NCBI RefSeq assembly: GCF_011745625.1
Contig: NW_027191494.1
Span: 62,001 to 126,000, forward strand
From: Cladosporium halotolerans
Lineage: Eukaryota
Length of the DNA stretch: 64,000 bases
Direction: 5' to 3'
This document shows positions 23,765 through 37,658 of the stretch, piece by piece. Positions within the stretch are counted from its first letter, which is position 1; every line of letters starts with the position of its first letter. A program made the position numbers and the translations under genes. The notes beneath the pieces were generated by a model. The model was not told the origin of the DNA, made no database searches, and saw only the letters and a list, made by a program, of their open reading frames with translations.

Positions 23765-24953
23765 CTGGGGTCGCTCGCTTCGGCCTTGCCTGAGGCGATC
23801 AGGACGCGCCTTTCTCTGAGTGCTTGATGTGTCAAGAGTTCTCTGGCTTGGAGAGGGGCGAAATGTCTCCTGTTTTCTTTATGTTTTATTTTGGTTTGAT
23901 GATTAGCATGAATTAACGAAAGGCCAGCATGGAGTTATGTGCGTTCAGGTTATCCTGCCGGCGAAAAAGAGCTGAGGGGTGCATGACGCGATCTGCTTGC
24001 GGTTTACGATACCGCTTCGATCCGGTTTTCTGTGATGTTTACGGTCTGAATGGGATGTGTTATTTGGACTCATGGGAATAGGAGTGAACAAAGTGAAATC
24101 TTCCCAATCTTTCTCTCCACTGTGTCAATTTTCTACTGTACCGTATGATCAACAGCCCTCGTGGGAATGGAAGACAGCGAGCGAAATGAACTCCCGTCCT
24201 CGAAGAATGCCCAATAGCGTGTCAGTTTCTTGCTTCACAGGCCGTAACCATCGTATGTGAATGGAAGGTAGCGATTGGGATGTCCTTCTCTCCCTGGCAT
24301 TCTCTTCAATGCATCAGTTTCCTTGGCTTATACTATGGTTGTCCACGTGAGACATGCCGTCGTATTGAAGAAAGTCAGTACTAGTCAGTCATTCAGTCAC
24401 CCTCGCCCGCACAGCACAGACGCCCATTCCCCACGTTTCGTCCCCGGACAATGACGTCCAGCCGCCTGGCCGCCTGAGCTTCGCTGCTCACTGCTCACTG
24501 CCACTGCCACTGCCACTGACACTGACACCTGCGTGCGTTCCTTTGTATTCGACCCCACCCTACCCAAACCGCTCACGCTCGCAACGCACGTCTCTTCCAT
24601 TGCGACATCACGCGAGCGAGCCATACTGCTGACGAGGCTGGATTGCGGATCACGACTGGACTGCTGGACTCGAGACCGGCGTGCTCCGACCGAACACTGC
24701 GTTTTTTGGATTGCGAGGGAGGATCTCGGACGACTCTTACTGCTGCGGAGGCTTAGTGTTGGGCTAGCATCACCACTTCTTCTTACTTCTTCTTCTTCTG
24801 GCGGTGGATAGCAGAGTGCAGTCACGCGCGGATTGCGGAGACCACGACTGTGCGCGCTGCTGTGCGCGAGAATATATAATTGGATCTGAGTTGGGCTGAG
24901 CTGAACTGAACTGAGCTGGATCGGGAAGAGAAAGAGCGCGGGGACTGGACAGG

Positions 24954-27401
24954 ATGGCGATCGAGAACATCCCGTACGTTTCGGACACACCCCGGCAAGG
25001 ATGGGGGGGGTTGAAAAACGCTGACCAGAGACCGACGCGCTAGATACCCCGACGCTGAAGACCTGGTCGCGAAGGAGAAGGCCTTCTACCCGCTGCGCAT
25101 CCCCGTTTCGTGAGTTTCCCCATCCCTCCTCCCTCGCCTCGCGGTAGGCAAGAAGCAGCCCGCTGACAGCCCGCGAACAGCCACTGGCAGCTCCGCCACT
25201 ACATCTCGAACCCGGAGCCCGACCGCCTATACTACGCCTCCGGACACGATGTGTACTGCTTGTTCACGTCGACGAGGAAGAGGAAGCACATTGCCGCGCT
25301 GCCCTTCGAGGCCCGCTGCACGGCTTCGGGGTACGGCTGGATTTGCGTGGGCGGAGAGCACGACGGGCACTTTGCGGCGATCAAAGTGGATGGCTCGGCG
25401 AGCCAGGTGGACGACAGGCTGGATATCGGCGGGGCCTGGACGAGCGGCAGCAGCGCTGGCGCACCGGGGCTCGCGCGACGCACGCCGAGCGTCAAGGTCG
25501 AGCGCATCGGCGAGGAGATCGTGAACTCCATCTCCATCCACCGCATCACGGACGAAGCCGCGCACCTGGACGACATCGTCGCCGTGCTCACGAACAACGA
25601 CAGGACGGTCCGCGTCTACAGCCTGCCCCAGGGCCTCGAGACCAGCGTGCTCGACCTCCCCCACGCCATGAACCACGCGACCGTCTCGCCGGACGGCCGG
25701 CGCCTCGTGGCGGTCTGCGACGCCGCGCAGGCGTTTTTCTTCCAGCGAGAGGTCCGCGACGCCCCGCCGCAGATCCCCAAGCCGCACAACCGCCTCACGA
25801 GCGCGAGCCTGGACTGGAAGCTGACGAACATCGTCGGCCTGCACGTCTCGAAGGCGGACTCCTCGGTCGTGGGATACTTCACGACGGCGTGGAGCCCGAG
25901 CGGCCAGCTGGTCGCGCTGGGCTCCGAGGGCGGGTACATCACGGTGCTGGACGTCGAGGTGCTGGCCGACGTGGAGCTGGAGGACGAGGAGGCGATCGTG
26001 GCCATCATTCCGGGCTCGAGGCCGGACGTCCCGCCGCCGCATCCTGGTGCGGTCAGGAGTATGCTGTTCTCGCCTGACCCCTGGGATCTGCTTATCTGGG
26101 CGGAGGATCAGGGGAGAGTGTGTATAGGGGATTTGCGCACGGGGTTGAAGAGGAAGCAGGTTGTGAACCTGGATCCGAAGGAGGAGGGGCTGGCGAGGAT
26201 CGAGGTCGAGGATTTGCCGGCTGAGGACGAGGCGGCGGCGAGGGATCTGGATCAGTTGCAGCTGGATTTTCTGCGGCGATATCGCGATGCTGAGGCGAGG
26301 GATGCGGGCAGCTATGCGCCGGAGTACATTGAGTCGAGGCGCAGACAGAGGCAGCACAGGCACGATTTGGCGGTCACGCGCGCGGCGCTCGAGGACGAGA
26401 CGCAGGGGTTGACGCCCAGGGAGCACGAGATGCTGAATAGTCTCAGGACGACGAGGCAGCGGGAGGAGGCACGGAGTCAGGGCGGTGTTGCCAGAGGCGT
26501 CAACTACACTTCAGCGGACCTCTTCGGCAGCGGTAGTCGGTCCAGCTCCTCTGGCACACCGAACCCCGAGTCTCGCGCAGCATCTACCAGGCCCTCCAAC
26601 GAGCCTTCAGCAACCTGGGCAGAGAACTTCCCAGAACTCGCCCGCATGAGCGCCGCCAGCCCTCGCCCCGAACGCTCCACAACAGCCAGCCCCGACGAAT
26701 CACGCCTCCCTCCCATCGAAGTCCCCGGCGACGCCTCCACCTGGAACACCAGCAGCCGGCAAACCTCCCAAGAAACCGACCCGCCCACCACCACCACCAC
26801 CACCCGCAACCCACCCCGCCAACCCCGCCGCCGCGCCTCCATCATCCTCTCGCCCCCCACAACCGCCTCCCCCTCCTCTCCCAGCACAACCCGCACAGAC
26901 CCCACCACCAACCCCTGGCGCACAATCGAAGACGCCATGTCCCTCGCCCGTGGGCCCCTCTTCGAACCCCCCTCCACCACCACCACCGCCGCCGCCCGCC
27001 CCTCCCGCTCCGACCTCACAACCTCCGTCGCCGCCGAGCGCGCCGCCCGCGCCCGCACGCTCGTGACCCAGCGCAGCGACCGCTGGCGCTCGCTCGCAGC
27101 CGACAACTCCGCGCCGCCCAACGCGCACGCGACGGGCGCCAACGCCTCGCGCCTCGCGGACTCGTACGAGGCGCAGCGGCGGCTGCGCGCGACGGCGAAT
27201 TTCGGCGGCGGCGGCGTGGCGATGGGAGTGGGGATGGGGATGGGGATCGGGGGCGCGAGCGCGCTGATGGGCGTGCGGACGGCGGGGCTGGCGATGAGCG
27301 GCGACGGCGCGACGCTGTGGGCTGCGTGCGAGGAGGGCGTTTTCGAGATGCGGGTTGCGAGGAAGGGGAGGTTGTTTTGGCCGGCGGTGGAGATGGTTTG
27401 A
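24954..27401 (+). CDS. DUF2415 / WD40-like beta-propeller protein; 3 exons (introns 24974-25043, 25110-25180)
   Basis: Spliced N-terminus MAIENIP|YPDAEDL...IPVS|HWQLRHYIS, then IVNSISI, LTNNDRTV, MNHATVSPDG, FTTAWS, GAVRSMLFSPDPWDLLIWAEDQGRVCIGDLR, AGLAMSGDG. Confidence 0.88.
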
Positions 27402-27403
27402 TG

Positions 27404-27452
27404 TTTTTTTTTTCTTTTTCTTTTTCTTTTTTATTTTTATTTTTTTTTTTTT
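27404..27452 (+). repeat. About 49-nt poly-T tract immediately after the DUF2415 stop codon
   Basis: Nearly pure T run read directly. Confidence 0.85.
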
Positions 27453-28045
27453 AAGGAGAGGTTTGGGTTTTTGGGCGTGGGTGGTTCTGATATCTGGGAC
27501 ATGGGCATCGGTGGGCGGGCGGGCGGGCGCATGTGGAGTTTGGGACGTGAGTGAAGGATGGATGGATGGCCTTTGGGGCTGCGGCTTGATGATTTCACGT
27601 GGACTTGAGTTTTGGGTTTGCCCTAGGTGGTTGTTTCGATTCCTCTTTGCGCGGTGTAGCAGTGTTCTTCTTTGCGTTTAGCTGTACGGACGGACTCCGA
27701 TCTTGAAAGGGTTGAAAAAGATATGCTTTGAAGACCAGACTGTCACGGCTCGAGCCTACACTGGGACGACGGAAAAGCTTGTACCAGCAAAAAAGCACAA
27801 GCCGCAGAATACTCAAATCAAACGCAAAAAGTCGCATTCATTGCAGGAACAATTGCTCATAGCTGCCAGCCCGCAAGTCCCACTACGTAAGTAAGGCAGA
27901 CAGACGAGCCTCTCTATCTCATCCCGTTCATACTTCCATCTAGCCCGGCGCGTGCGTGCAACGTCGACAAATCGCAAAAGCAGAAGGCGCCGAGAAACGC
28001 CAGCGCGCCCATTTTTGTTCATTTCATGAAATGCTCCGTCTCGAC

Positions 28046-30783
28046 CTACGCCTCGCTCTCGACCGCAGCAGCAGCCGCAGGGGGAGCAGCTTCCTCAGCC
28101 GCCTCCTCCTCTTCTTCCTCGGCCTCAGCCTCCTCTCCCTCTTCCTCGACATCGATCAGATTAGGATGCCCGTCCTTCTCGATCCGCAGCGCCTCGTCCC
28201 ACTCGGGGAACATCTCCTCGTCCTCGCCCGGCACGCCAAGCAGCCTCGCGACCTTGCCCTTGCCCGCCGTCTCGAGCTCCTTCTTCCACTGCGCGGCAAT
28301 AGCTCCACAGCGCGAGGGCTTGTACGTCTGCGCGAAGAGGACCGCTTCCGCGGTGCGCTGCGTCTCGAGCAGCAGGTCGATGCAGGCGTCGACGTCGCGC
28401 ACCTCCCACAGCGCCGTGAAAGCGATGTTGTGCAGGCCCGCGGCCTTGGCCTTGGCGGCGAGGTCGCGCAGGCCGGCCGCGTCGCCGGACGAGGTGTGCA
28501 GCAGCAGCAGCGAGGAGAGGTCGCGGGCGTGCGCGAAGCACTCCTGCGCGAGCGCGAGGTCCCAGGCGGAGAGCGCGGCGTCGCCGACGGTCTTCCACTT
28601 GTGCTCGACGTCGGCCTCGCGGGCGAGCTGGAGCGCGGTCTGCAGCTGGCCGAGGCCGAGGGCGAGGTCGAAGCGGTGCTCGGAGTCGGTGGCGATTTCG
28701 AGGGCCTGCTCTTTGTAGCCTTGGCCTTCGAGGAAGCGGGCGATCTTGTTCTTCTGCTCCTCGGGGATGTCGGGGAGCATTTCGTTGGCGGTGTCGAGCT
28801 CGCCGCGGAGGACGAGGGTTTGGTATTCGATGACGCCGAGGGAGAGGGCGAAGGAGGTGACGGCGACGTCTTTGTCGCAGACGTAGATGCGGCCGTCTCG
28901 GGGCAGGTAGCCAAGGACGTACATGGGCTGGTCGAAATGAGAGATGGTGTAAACTTGGTCGCCGACGAGGTAGTTGAGACGGTTCGGGGTGTTGGTGTAG
29001 ACGAAGCAGTCGCCGACCCACTGACCTGTTCGGACGCTGGGGAGCTGTTAGCATTGTAGTCTTGATGTTGTCGTAGGTCTAAATGAACATACCTCTCGTT
29101 GATCTCGCACACAACCTCGAAAGCCTCCTCAGCTCCATCCTCATCCAAAGTGCCGGCCTGCAGGGCAGCCACGTACTGCTCTCTCGAGTAGCGCAGGACG
29201 TAGTATGTGTCCTCGCACGCCAAGCACACCAGCTCGCCGGATTCTGACCAGAATACGCTCTTGGGCTCAACTTCAATCCTGCGAACAAGCTGACCGCTCT
29301 CCCAGTCGAAGAAACCGATACCGCCCTGACCCTTCACACCGAGCAGGTTGCCGCCCGAGAGACCCTCAGCGGTGAAGCCAATGTTGACAGTGCCATCGCC
29401 ACCCTTGGGCTTGAAATTCCTGAAGATCTTCACGCTGTACTGTGATTCCCTGATAGCAAAGTCTTTGTCGTTCTCCTTCGATGCCCAGGCGAAGTCAAGC
29501 GCGGCGCCGAAAGCCTGGTTACGAAGAGCAAGCGCAGTGTAGATGATGTACTCACCATCACCACACACAGCGACGAAGCGGCCGTTGGGGCTGTGAAGGA
29601 GGGTTTGAGGGTAGAGCTCGGTCGATCCAAGATCCTTGGACGGGAGTGTGATCGCCTCGCCGTCCTTAAGACTCTTGTCACCGCCCTTGATCACGGTCTG
29701 TAGCATCTCGGAGTGTCGTGCCCAGATGATCTTTCCTGAGCCGTCCATGCTGACAGCAGGCTCCTCACGACCCATCTTCACAACCACTGCACCATCATCG
29801 AAACCCATTGCGATGCCTTGCCTGCCCCTTTGATACGAAACACACCAGGCGCGCTCCAGACCATAGCTCAGTGTCTGCTCGAGACGGTAGGTGTTGGCGT
29901 GCCAGATCTTGATTGTGCCATCCTCGGAACCGGAAATGATCACAGGCAGCTCAGGGTGGTAGCACGCAAAGGAAACATTGCTTGTGTGGCCCTCGAGCGT
30001 CGCAATCAATGACTTGTTCGTGTAATCCCAGATCTTAACAGTGCGGTCGTCGGAGGTCGTAAGAATGTACGGCTTGTCCGATTGCGGGTAGTAATCCACG
30101 TAGTTTACACCCTTAGTCTCATGCGCCTCGAGAGTGAAGTTGGGTGTTCCTGAGCCCAGGTTCCAGATCTTGACCGTCCTGTCCAAACATGCGGAGGCAA
30201 ATGTGTTCGTGTCCTTGGGGTTGATCGCAAGGCCCATGACATAGTGGCTGTGTCCCTCGAAGACCTGCACGCACTTCCAACCTCTCTCCCAATCCCACAG
30301 CTTGATTGTCATGTCATCACTGGCCGTCAGCACGAAAGGCTGGCTCGGGTGTACCACGATCGCGCGGATGTAATCGGGATGCGCCTCGAATGATGTGATC
30401 TTCTCGCTCGTGTTGTAGTTGTAGACTCTGAGTTGGAAGTCATCGCTGCCACAGACGATCCAGTTCTTGCGCGCAACGAAACGGCCGGCTCGTACGGGGA
30501 CGTCGGTAAGCTCGAAGGTTTTGATGATCGACTGTGTCTCGTAGGACCAGATGTAGACGTGGCCGCTATACAGGGTGGTGAGGATCTCGCGGGTTGTCAG
30601 TATGCGCTGAGATGTTTCGTGGGAGCGAGCGGTCGCTTACCCATGGTTCGGTAGGGTGAAAGTCAATGCCCTTGACTCTCTCACTACGGGCAAAGAGTTG
30701 CCTCTGTGAAGAAAGCATCATGTTAGCGGCGACCTCTGCGATTATCTTCCAGAGGTTGATCTTACCTTGACGTCGAGTCTCAT
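28046..30783 (-). CDS. SEC27: Coatomer (COPI) beta' subunit; 4 exons (introns 30704-30765, 30586-30640, 29037-29092)
   Basis: MRLDVK|RQLFARSERVKGIDFHPTEPW|ILTTLYSGHV..., WD40 repeats (DDMTIKLWDW, LDRTVKIWN, DDRTVKIWD), EINES|VRTGQW, acidic C-tail. Confidence 0.97.
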
Positions 30784-31409
30784 GATGGACGACCCTCGCC
30801 GAGCGGGCACGCAAAGGGTTTATGTGGATGCAATGGGCAATTGAGACCACAGAAGCCAGTACGCAAAAGAAGCGCGTATGATTGAAGAAGTTTGAATTGT
30901 GCAAGGCAAGAGAAGGTGGAGTGATTGCCAGACAGGCTACGGTATACCGTCCTGTCTCCCCGAATTACAAGCAAGCTGTCGTAGACCCTCACCCTCATGC
31001 GGCGGTTGAATGCCTGAGGCGGTCAGCCCCCCCAGCTTCCCTCGCGAGTCTTGCGACAACCCCTGTTGCATGCGTGTATCTACCGTTAGGTATACTTTTG
31101 CAGTCTCGCGCTCAAGGATAATCTCATAAAGATCTGTTGAATGAATTCTCGTCTCGCGAGATCAAGGGTGACATATCTGCCAACATCACCTTACCCTCAA
31201 ACTCCTACCAAACATTCATTTATCGATGTTCTGTGCTCGGGAATTCCTCGGTCTCGGTGGAAAGTTGCTATGCTATGCCATGTGGTAAACAACAATCTTT
31301 AGTGACGACACCACGGTGAACACGGTGCTGCCTGCCTTTGCACTGCGTCGTCAGACTCGCGACACATTTCTTTTCAGCGCGATGGGAGATTACTGGCACC
31401 ACTGAGAGA

Positions 31410-32809
31410 ATGCCACCGCTCGTGCGCCGCCGACCGCTCTTGGAGCGCATCCAAGCATATCTCGATCCGTGGGACTTCTTGCTTTGGATCTCTGAAGAGT
31501 TGAACGATGATGCACACGAGGATTTGTTGAACAACTGGGCTACACCGATTGGAATAGCCTTGAACTTCTTGTTCATAATCGCCAGAGGCGCGAGCAAGCC
31601 TGGCGACTCCCGAGGCAGCGACGACGTCTTTGGCGATATAGAAGGCAAGAAGAGCAGTGGATGGTTCGCGTGGACTGTGAGTATATAACGGGATATGTCT
31701 TTGAGTATGTCAGGCTGACGGTAAGTACATAGGCGACGTTCCTCGTCCACACCTTGACTCTGCTGTGCTTCCTCAACGCCTTCTATGCTTTCTTTCGCAA
31801 ACGGCACTATCGGTTGTTCGAACAGCCCGTCGATCTTCCCCCAAACACACCTTCAGCACAGCGCGTACGGGTCGACAGCTCCCCTGCATCCTCTTCGCCC
31901 TTAGGATTTGTCAAGAGTGCCATTTCCGCTGCAACTGCTTCATCACGCGCATATCCAGACCCAGAGAGGGAGGTCTGGGAGGTTTCAGTCTGGGACCCGA
32001 AGCCGTTCCACTTGACGACCTTCACCATGTTCTCGCCAGGTCACGTCCTGCTTTACTATGCCTTGCTGCCCACGGCTCCGCTGGATCCCAGACCATCCGT
32101 CACAGTTGCGCTAGCCATCCTCTTCGGCACCGTCCTCTCCTTCCAGCTTGGCCTCATGAAGACCTCCTTCACCCAGCAAGCCAAAGACTCCGTCCTCATC
32201 CACGGCGAAGTCATGAACGAGTACGACACCAAGTTCGTGCACCCCTTCCTCACGCGACCCGTCCGCGACGTCGGCACACAGTCCCGCGAAAGCTCCCTGT
32301 CGCCTCGTGGCGCCAAAACCCGCGAAGTCGACCTCTACACGCCTACCACCATTATTAACAGGCGCTTCCGAACAAACCCCAACCCCAACTACGCCGCGCA
32401 ATATGACCCTGACGATCTCGCGCACAAAAAGCCTGAATCGCGTCGCGAGTCCAGCTCCGGCCCTGGCCTCCTCCCGCGCAGCGCCACGACACCAGCCCTG
32501 ACCACGCCCAAGACGTACACCAGCAGCTACACCCAGGCGTCGTCCGCTCTGCAGCCTGCTACGACGACATCGTCAGACTACTCGTCGCCGCTCAAGCCCC
32601 GGCACGAGCGGCCGCGCGAGCGTACTAGCGACGGCGGGAATCTTGGCGTCTACAATCACGCAAACAGCCCGCTCAGGAAGGCTACCAGCGGCAGTCATTT
32701 GAGGACTGAGGATGCTAGGCGCGCGGGTAGTCCGTTGAAGCGCATGAGTACGCCGGGTGGTGGTGAGAGTTATAGAGACGAGCGGCGGAGACAGACGGGG
32801 AGGTTTTAG
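31410..32809 (+). CDS. NUR1: Nuclear rim protein Nur1/Mug154 family; 2 exons (intron 31677-31732)
   Basis: MPPLVRRRPLLERIQAYLDPWDFLLWISEEL, NAFYAFFRKRHYRLFE, TPSAQRV, VWEVSVWDP, FSPGH, EVMNEYDTKFVHP...RDVGTQ. Confidence 0.85.
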
Positions 32810-33179
32810 TGGTATTGTACGATTAAGTGTATGTCTAGTCACTTCAAAGTAATGACGATCGCTTCGATATCTGTGGACACGAATCCGTGAGCCTCTTGTG
32901 TTTAGTATCGCACGGCGGTGAGTGACACGGGAGCGGCTATGTGTAGAATCTTGATCAAGGCGTATGAGGGTGTATCATTGAAACACCTTGATGTTTCTCG
33001 CTGCTCAATGGACCAAGATGCCGAGCTAACAGTACAGCCAAAGCGCAAATGCCAAAGCCTTGCCGAAACAAGGCAACTCGCTCGCTGTTTGCAAGTCCCT
33101 TTCGCCCGTCACCAAACGCTGCAATCTTATCGCCTATGAAAACCTCGCTTGCACTCGCCTGCGAATACCTCCCTCGAGC

Positions 33180-35236
33180 TTAAATATCGATGTCGATGCC
33201 CAAGTCCATGCTCCCGATAACATCGTCGTCCATCTTCGACCTACCCCTGACAGCGCCCAGCGGGCCAGAAGGCTTCTTGCCCACGCCGCCGTTCGCGGGC
33301 GTAGCAGTACGGCTTGGCTTCGGCGTGCCGTTCGCAGGCGTTCCCAGTCTCGAGACATCAGGGGTGTCACCGAACAGATCTGACTTGGTAGCCGCTTCCT
33401 CTGCCTTCTTCGCTTCAGCGGCCTTGGCCTTCGCCTCCGCGATGGCCTTCTCGCGCGCCTTCTGAATCTTCCTGCGCTCCTCGACGAGCGCTTTGCGGAC
33501 TTCCTCTGCATTCGTGCGGCGGGTTTCGATGTTGAGCTTCGCAAGGCGCTCCTGCTCTCTCTCCTTCTGCTTGGGCTTGACGGGCGATTCTCGTGCCTGA
33601 GTCTTCAAGCCACCACCGTTGACTTGCTGGTTCTCGAGCGCGGCCAGCTCAGCGTCGCATTTGGCCACTTCTTCTGCGTCGTCGTTTTCCTGCGCAATGG
33701 CTCTGCGCTTGTTGATCTTCTCGCGTTGGAGATTTACCGCGTTGGCAGGATCGTACTTCTTCTCCATGGCATTCTGCTTGCTGATCTTGGACTGGATGTC
33801 TGCTTCCGTCCAGGTGTGATTGAGCAGGGCGTGGATGTCGTCGAGTTTGCCATTGATAAACTTGCGAGATGGCGCACGCATGTGGTCTTTTTCGAGCGTG
33901 TTGATGAAGCGATCGAATTCTGCGCCTGTGAACTTGCTGTCGGAGCAGGCGAGGAATGGCCAGGGCCTCTCCGAACTGCCGTGTGCGACAACAGCGTACT
34001 GGTCTGTTGTGAATTGTCTGCCGTTGGCGGACGTGAGCTTGTATGGCTTGCCTTCCGTAAAGCCTGTGGAAGCGGTTAGCATGCATATCATAATAGAAAC
34101 AACAGTCATTTGCACATACCTGTGATCTGCGCCATGCGGTACACGTTCTGTCCAGTTGACCTATCCGGCCCAATACTGATGCGAGCAAAGCAGCCCTTGA
34201 CGGCGTTCTCGAAGTTGGGGTAGAAGCAGACTTTAGCGAAGTTGCTCCTGCCCACATGGGCGCGGTTGACATCGCGAATGTCCGCCGGTGGTTCATCGCG
34301 GCGCAAATCAGAAGGCTCTGCCCACTCAACGTCGCTCTCGCCATCAGCATCACGGTCAGAGGCATATGAGTCTGAGCGATCGTCTCTGCGATCACGACGA
34401 GTATCGACTCGAGTCTTGCCAGCCTCTCGCTGCTCTCTCGCGCGCTTGTAATCGTCCAGCGCAGACCGCTTCTCCGTCTTCGCCTTGCTGCTCTTTCTTT
34501 TTCCGTCGTCAAGATCGGTGTCTGCTTTGCGCTTGTGGCTCTTGGCCTTCTCGCGGGTTGCAGCCAAGGCGCGCTTGAGTTGCAAGTCCTGGTTCCTGCG
34601 AGTCTTTTCGGCGGCGCGGTCTGCGAGGATCTGTTCACGCTCGATTTCTGGAAGGCTAAGGATATGGGCTTTGTCGGAGACGGAGATGAACTGGTCGTCG
34701 ACCGGGTAGAGCTCGGGTTCTGAATCAGACTGCTCGCCAGCCGCGTCGGCCTCAGAGTCGGAGTGACCCATATCGCGAGAGATGACTGAGCCTGGCGATT
34801 CTGGCGATCTGTGATGCGTGTTAGAGATGCTGGGGGAAATGTGCTGATGTTGATGGTTGGCAGAATGCAAGACTGGACAAAGGCAGGTGGATAGAAGTAG
34901 GCAAGCGCTGTGCGCGCCTTCCAAACTGATTTGCGCAGCGCGGGCTTCTCTTCCGGACGCCCTCAGATGTCAAGAGTGAAAGACTTACGCATCAGCATCC
35001 TCGTCGTCACTCTCCTGGCGCCTGCGAGCCTTTGTGCCGCGCTTCGCCTTGACTTTCTGTGCCACGCCTCTGCGCGGACCGCTGTCGACGTTCTTCTCTA
35101 CGCTCTGTTTTGCTGATACTTCTGGTGTTGGAGATCGGTCGTTGATCTGCTCGGAAATGTCGGCTTCTCCCTCCTCGTCGCTGCTGTCGCTACCGGCCAA
35201 AGCCAGAAGCTCAGCATCAAGCTCGTCGGCAGACAT
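33180..35236 (-). CDS. RTF1: Paf1 complex subunit Rtf1 (Plus-3 domain); 3 exons (introns 34809-34988, 34064-34119)
   Basis: MSADELDAELLALAG, LSLPEIEREQILADR, Plus-3 region VGRSNFAKVCFYPNFENAVKGCFARISIG...YRMAQIT|GFTEGKPY...CSDSKFT, C-terminal DLGIDIDI. Confidence 0.94.
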
Positions 35237-35795
35237 GTTGACTTGGGATTATCGAAGGAAGTAGGGACTCGATATCGCGGAGTCCTGATATGAAGTGTGA
35301 TCGTCGAGCGCTATGGGTGTGGAACGTCCTTTGTTGCGGAGTCTCCTTGTTTGGTTTGGGATCTCGTTGGTGGTAGATTTGTACTGGCACAGACGGAAAG
35401 CAGATGGCGTAAAGTCGTGGTTGAATTAAAAAGATCGCGGCGAAAAATTCGGGAGTCTCCCGTTGGATGGTAATATTGTTGAGATGCGACAATCGCAGCG
35501 TGCACTTGACTTTAACCTCACTTCACGACTTTCCAGAGGTCCCGCGAGGACACGCCAAGCGGATGCGGCTTTGGCTCGCTGGCGCGTTGCACGTGAAAGC
35601 GCGATTGGACGTTCTGGCGCGGCCCGGCTGGCTTGCGCCCGATTGGCTGAAGCCATCTATGACGGACTTCACTTCTAGTTTGCCCACAGCCTGTGCAGAC
35701 TTCAGCGTACTTCAGGTTTCTTTTGCGGCAACGGTCTTGTATTATTATATTTCATTCGGCTCGTTACTGGTTTTCTCTTTAATCTTTACATCAAG

Positions 35796-36551
35796 ATGGC
35801 TTCAAGTATGCGATCAGCTCTCCTTCCTTCGGCTTCTAAGGCGAAGATATCGCCTCGTGCATTCCAATTGCAAGCCAGACATGCCTTCAGCTCCAGGGCA
35901 TCGCATCTCGCGCCGAATACTGGAGAGGCCGCGCCGGAAGCTATAATGAAAGATAATTCATCTTCAAAGAGATCTAAGCCTCTCACAAGAGAGCAGCAGC
36001 AATTTCTGGACTCGGCGCTTCGGGTCAACCATGCAGGCGAACTGGCAGCAACTCTCATCTATACTGCGCAATCACCTCCCATTGTCAAGGCCCACCCTCA
36101 CCTCCGTCCTTTGATGAAACACATGTATGACCAAGAGGCCGGCCATTTCAAGACTTTCAACCACTTGCTCGCCCATCATCGCATCCGGCCGACTGCCATG
36201 TACCCCGTCTGGCAAGCGGCTGCTACTGCTCTAGGCTGGACCACAGGATTTATGGGACGGGAAGCGGCTATGGCTTGTACTGAGGCTGTCGAGACTGAGA
36301 TTGGCGACCACTACAACGAGCAAGTACGGGTGCTGCTGCAGTGGTTCCAGGAAATGGAGGATAGGGGCGAGGAGGTTGGAGAAGAGCTAAGCAGTTTGGT
36401 AAAGGAGGTTAAGAAGATTAGAGATGAAGAGCTCGAGCATCTCGACCATGCTGTGGAGAACGATGCAAAGGAGGCAAATCCATACGAGCTCCTTACCGGC
36501 GTGATCAGGGCAGGATGCAGGGGTGCCATTTGGGTCAGTGAGAAGGTATGA
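35796..36551 (+). CDS. COQ7: 5-demethoxyubiquinone hydroxylase (di-iron), mitochondrial
   Basis: Mitochondrial presequence, then LRVNHAGELAATLIY, HMYDQEAGH, AMACTEAVETEIGDHYNEQ, IRDEELEHLD. Confidence 0.96.
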   Translation: MASSMRSALLPSASKAKISPRAFQLQARHAFSSRASHLAPNTGEAAPEAIMKDNSSSKRSKPLTREQQQFLDSALRVNHAGELAATLIYTAQSPPIVKAHPHLRPLMKHMYDQEAGHFKTFNHLLAHHRIRPTAMYPVWQAAATALGWTTGFMGREAAMACTEAVETEIGDHYNEQVRVLLQWFQEMEDRGEEVGEELSSLVKEVKKIRDEELEHLDHAVENDAKEANPYELLTGVIRAGCRGAIWVSEKV

Positions 36552-37658
36552 AAGAAGACTATATCACTTTCCCCCCAAGACATCATGGTACCAGTATCCT
36601 CGTGCCACCGTGTTCCAACTATATCCCCCTAACTTTCCGATCGCCTTCTATCGGAATGCTGCTCGACGAGATCCCCCAGGCCCGCAGGCTCGCATCTCTG
36701 TCGCGTATCGCTCTTGGATCCTACGAAGACCAGCGTGCTACCATACTCTCCGATCAATGAAGCAATTGATAGCTTGGAGAGACTTTAATTCTGCGCTCAA
36801 ATGCCACGAGGAAATGAAACGTACAATCCTTGACCCCAGGCTTCCGAGTACTTAACCGCGCCTATGCCCGCTCCCACCGTCTCTGCCTAAGAGGCAACGC
36901 CCCCAAAGAAGCGCAAGGCCGTCGTCTTCACCTCCAGCGCGGTCTTGCGCTTCTTGTGAAGCCGGGTTCCAGTGCTGTTGCCTTCGGTGATGGTGAGTAG
37001 ATCTCAGCGGCCTGAGATGGTGTTGGTGAGTCCAATGGCTCTGGGTGCTGCCGCCATCTGCTGTGGACTTCCGAAGCTCGACTACTACTTGAAGAAGCAT
37101 ATGCACTTGGGCTCTACGAGGATGGTAACCGCGTTATCATCAACTCTAGGCTGAAGGGAAGAATTAGCTGCTCCGAGAACCTCAGTTCATGGAAGCTCAA
37201 AGACATGTTGCGCAAATACCGTCGACTTTGGTCGAACAAGACCATGTCGTTACTCTGAGGGTCGATCCTCTCGGTCACAATGAGAGAAAATATGGGACTA
37301 TCATCGACTCCCAAACTACGAGGACGAGTTACTACTCGGAGGGCGTGTATGCTGCAAACAATCGCGCATTCCGCTAAAGCTTCCCAGAAGCGCTCGATCA
37401 CACAATCACATGCTCGCTCCTCCCCTGTCACATGCGCGCTCCTTCCCTTCCAGATGTGTCGCATCATGCGCGATTTTAGACTTTTTCTCTTTCACTGCGC
37501 TACGGCCCTCAGCTCGCGACTTTTATCAACACCAGTCTCCCACTGAAATTCCTACAACCACGACACACACCCGCGCGCACACACACGCACACGCACACCG
37601 CGCTCCCACCACCACACCCGCCTCTCTACCACCACGACAGCATACCGCAGCACACAAG

